A DNA stretch of 64,000 nt from Harriotta raleighana. Taxonomy: Eukaryota. The notes below the pieces were generated by a model. It did no database searches. It was not told the origin of the DNA and was given only the letters and a program-made list of their open reading frames with translations. Below, in pieces: positions 61,301 through 64,000 of this stretch. The DNA lies in assembly GCA_050575255.1 (NCBI GenBank), contig JBNZDD010013683.1, positions 310,001-374,000 of the forward strand, given 5' to 3'. The position numbers and the translations under genes were made by a program. Positions within the stretch are counted from its first letter, which is position 1. Each line of letters starts with the position of its first letter.

Positions 61301-62714
61301 TAGCATCAACCTACTAAAACTTGACATCTGATGTTTCATTCTAAAGAGTGGGAATAGAACCCAGAATGTAGCACAATTAACATTGTGTACAGATACACGT
61401 GTTAGAACAATAGTTCTCAGATAATAAGGTTCGGATCTCAATAAACCCGATGAACGTACAACAGAGTTTTATTGAGAGAAACACAACCAAGATAAAGGAA
61501 AAGTGGTGGAATAATAGTACCAAAGCTTCATAAGAAGGTACTGGTGGTTCTGTGTTCTTGCAAGCTGCGTGTTCAAGCTTTCTTCCCTTCAGCCCTACGA
61601 GCAGTGACTTCCTCTCTGGTTCATCGCCGAGTGCCCTCTCTGGTCTCCCTCTATCTTTTATACCCATGTGATGCAATTTGAACATGCCCATTCTCTCATG
61701 CTGACATTCACTTCCCTCATCACTCACAAGATGTTTTTCCCTATATCTCAACACACGGACAATATATTCTGATGACCATTGGGATATGAATCACGTCCTA
61801 TGAACGAATTAAGTGAAGAGTCCATTATGGTCAGTGCCGCAAGTGGGCTGTAAGCATTATCCAATTGATCTTAATAATGTTATTTGCTGAAACAGCTCAT
61901 GTTGAATATTAATCTGGATTAATGGTACCCTATGTCACTTTGTGCTTTGCAGCATTGTGGCTCGGGTAATGCTGTAATAGTTCTGTGGTCTATCATGTTC
62001 AGAATGTTGAAACCCCAACATTTTCTTGAAGACATAATTTCAGTAACTGGAATGTGGTTTAATTCCCCTGTTCACACTAGGGGAAGTTCCCACAATAATG
62101 AGAAGTTTCAATAATATCAATAAGTTTCAGTGCAATGATATTTGAACATCTTGGAGAAGTCTCGACAATGTGAAAAGGACGCTATATCAAGTGGAAAGTT
62201 TATTATTATTATTATTTTTATTATTATTATTACTCAGTGTCCTAAGGTTTTTTTATTGCGAATATTAGATCTCTGCTGTGGTCTGCCCATCAATGAAGCT
62301 CATAACCATTTGTTGTATCAAAGATCAGCACAATCAGTTTAATTTAGTATCTTAGATGTTTAGGTGGCTGGGAATGCTGAGGTAAGCCATGTATTTGCTT
62401 TAAACACAAGCAGGACCAGATGTGGTGATTAATTGCACATGTCTTGTTCAATTAGATTTTTAGCTATAGTTGGTTGGACTGTGCTAATGTGCAAGAGGAT
62501 CTGAAAGGATTGTTCTGGGGCTCGATGTCTTGCCATTTGTGTGTGTATAGGACACTGGCCTGATCCCTTCTTGGATATTGGTTGGAGCATTTTTACTCAC
62601 ATTTTCTTTAAAGCATTCATGGTTTAACATTTTTCTCCCCTCCACCATCATAGTTTTATGTCTGCATTGTGTTATGCCTGCGTTATCCGCATATGTCAAT
62701 TCCAGGTTCATCAT

Positions 62715-62900
62715 TCCCTCTTTTGTCTTCCTTGCCCTGCCTCCCCCACTCTCCGCTTGTCTTTAAAAGCCTCTCTCTCCCAACATGCCTCAGATCTGAC
62801 GAAGGGTCATGAACCCGAAACATTGACTCGCTTTCCTTTCACCATAGATGCTGCCTGACCTGCTGAGTGCTCCCAGCGACTTCCGGTTTTGTTTTAGGTT
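62715..62900 (+). mobile_element. Penelope-like terminal repeat with a hammerhead-like core
   Basis: Homologous to 47095-47265; contains CTGACGAAGGGTCATGAACCCGAAAC at 62796-62821. Confidence 0.65.
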
Positions 62901-64000
62901 TGTGGTATTTTGTGTTTTACCATCAATCTCTTTATCTAAGACTCATCAGTTTTGGAGAAGTGGAACAATGGCTGGCTGTGTCTGGTTTTTAATTATCTTG
63001 GCTTTGAGTTTCAGCCAGGAGATTTTATGAATTGACCTGTAAATTGTCTGGTTCATCTAAAGGTAGTGAATTATCCAGAGCACGGAATACCGTGCCTACA
63101 AATCATGGATTAGGTTCAACGCTGGTGACAAACCTAGTGCCTGCCTCCTTTCAGTGTTTCTGTGGGAAGAAGGAAATGTGACAACTGCCTTTTTCTTTCT
63201 CCCTCTGGCAAGATCAAGAACTTGGAAAATAATTTAGAAACAATGTTGTCTGTGTGGTGATGTTTCAATTCACAATTTGCTGTGCAACTGGGCAATGTTT
63301 GGCCCCAGTAGGTTATATAATCATAGCCTTGTTGGTTTAGAATCACTTATTCTGAATAATACTAACACATATATCACCCCTGGTTTGAAATGGGGGTGAA
63401 ATGCAGGAATAAAGTAAACTTGGGGATAGGAACTAACTAAAGAATGAAGCTGGTTAAATCTCTTCTACCCCATTGCATAATAAATACTAATACTGTATCT
63501 ATATATTTTTGGTAATTAATTTTTTCTTTGTCTTTCACTCAACACACATGCCTTGCCTCTTGCCTAACACTGCCTGGGTTTGAGTAAAGAGGGTACATCC
63601 TGAAAGAGAGTTTCTACCAATGTAAGACTCCCAGCTGATCAGAAGAATAACTTTAGAGTTAAGTAATTTTTTTTTAGTCAACAATGCTTCAAACTCAGTC
63701 ACGAGATGTAATACAATAGAATTTACATTTATGTTGTGGCTTTCACATCTGGAGAACTTTTCAAAGCACACAAATGTGGTACTACTGATTATTTTGTGAA
63801 ATTGTCTTAATGTGTAACGTGTGAAGTAATACTACAGAAGAAATTGGAACAAAGTGATGTTAAAAAAAAAATCATTTTGCTTAAGCTCCTTGAACTGTGC
63901 ACAGCTGGTTTGCTGTTTTTTTAAAAATAACTATTGTTACAAAGGCTTGCCAGAATACAAACATGCCAAATATCACAATTATTTGATGCAGAAAATGATG

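Noticed and set aside
40900-64000. Additional protein-coding gene downstream of IFTAP
   Set aside because: Only short ORFs with no recognisable homology and no consistent exon chain. Small exons cannot be excluded by eye.

Overview
Vertebrate genomic DNA, most likely a cartilaginous fish and plausibly a holocephalan such as Callorhinchus. That call is inferred from intronless RAG1 and the Deu-type tRNA-SINE/L2/CR1/Penelope repeat mix. The window holds the complete RAG locus. It opens with the last two coding exons of ELF5 (+, 531-1622). RAG1 follows (+, candidate non-coding exon 1 ending at 4086, single coding exon 5627-8794), then convergent RAG2 (-, 14088-15650). IFTAP/NWC/C11orf74 (+) has its CpG-island promoter and exon 1 at about 16.3-16.6 kb, inside the inferred RAG2 intron, and six coding exons from 26093 to 40605. 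After 40.8 kb I see no coding exons, only repeats and candidate regulatory elements. The core system (V(D)J recombinase interleaved with IFTAP) is well known, not new. The most notable points are: ELF5 rather than TRAF6 sits directly upstream of RAG1; a splice-spanning uORF lies before RAG1; the RAG2 acidic hinge is shortened and partly basic; the IFTAP promoter has paired ZNF143 sites, an RFX X-box and a GC donor; there are candidate RAG2 promoter and enhancer motif clusters, an apparently shifted IFTAP splice junction, and hammerhead-like cores in Penelope-type repeats. All comparisons to human and mouse sequences are from memory and need checking by alignment.
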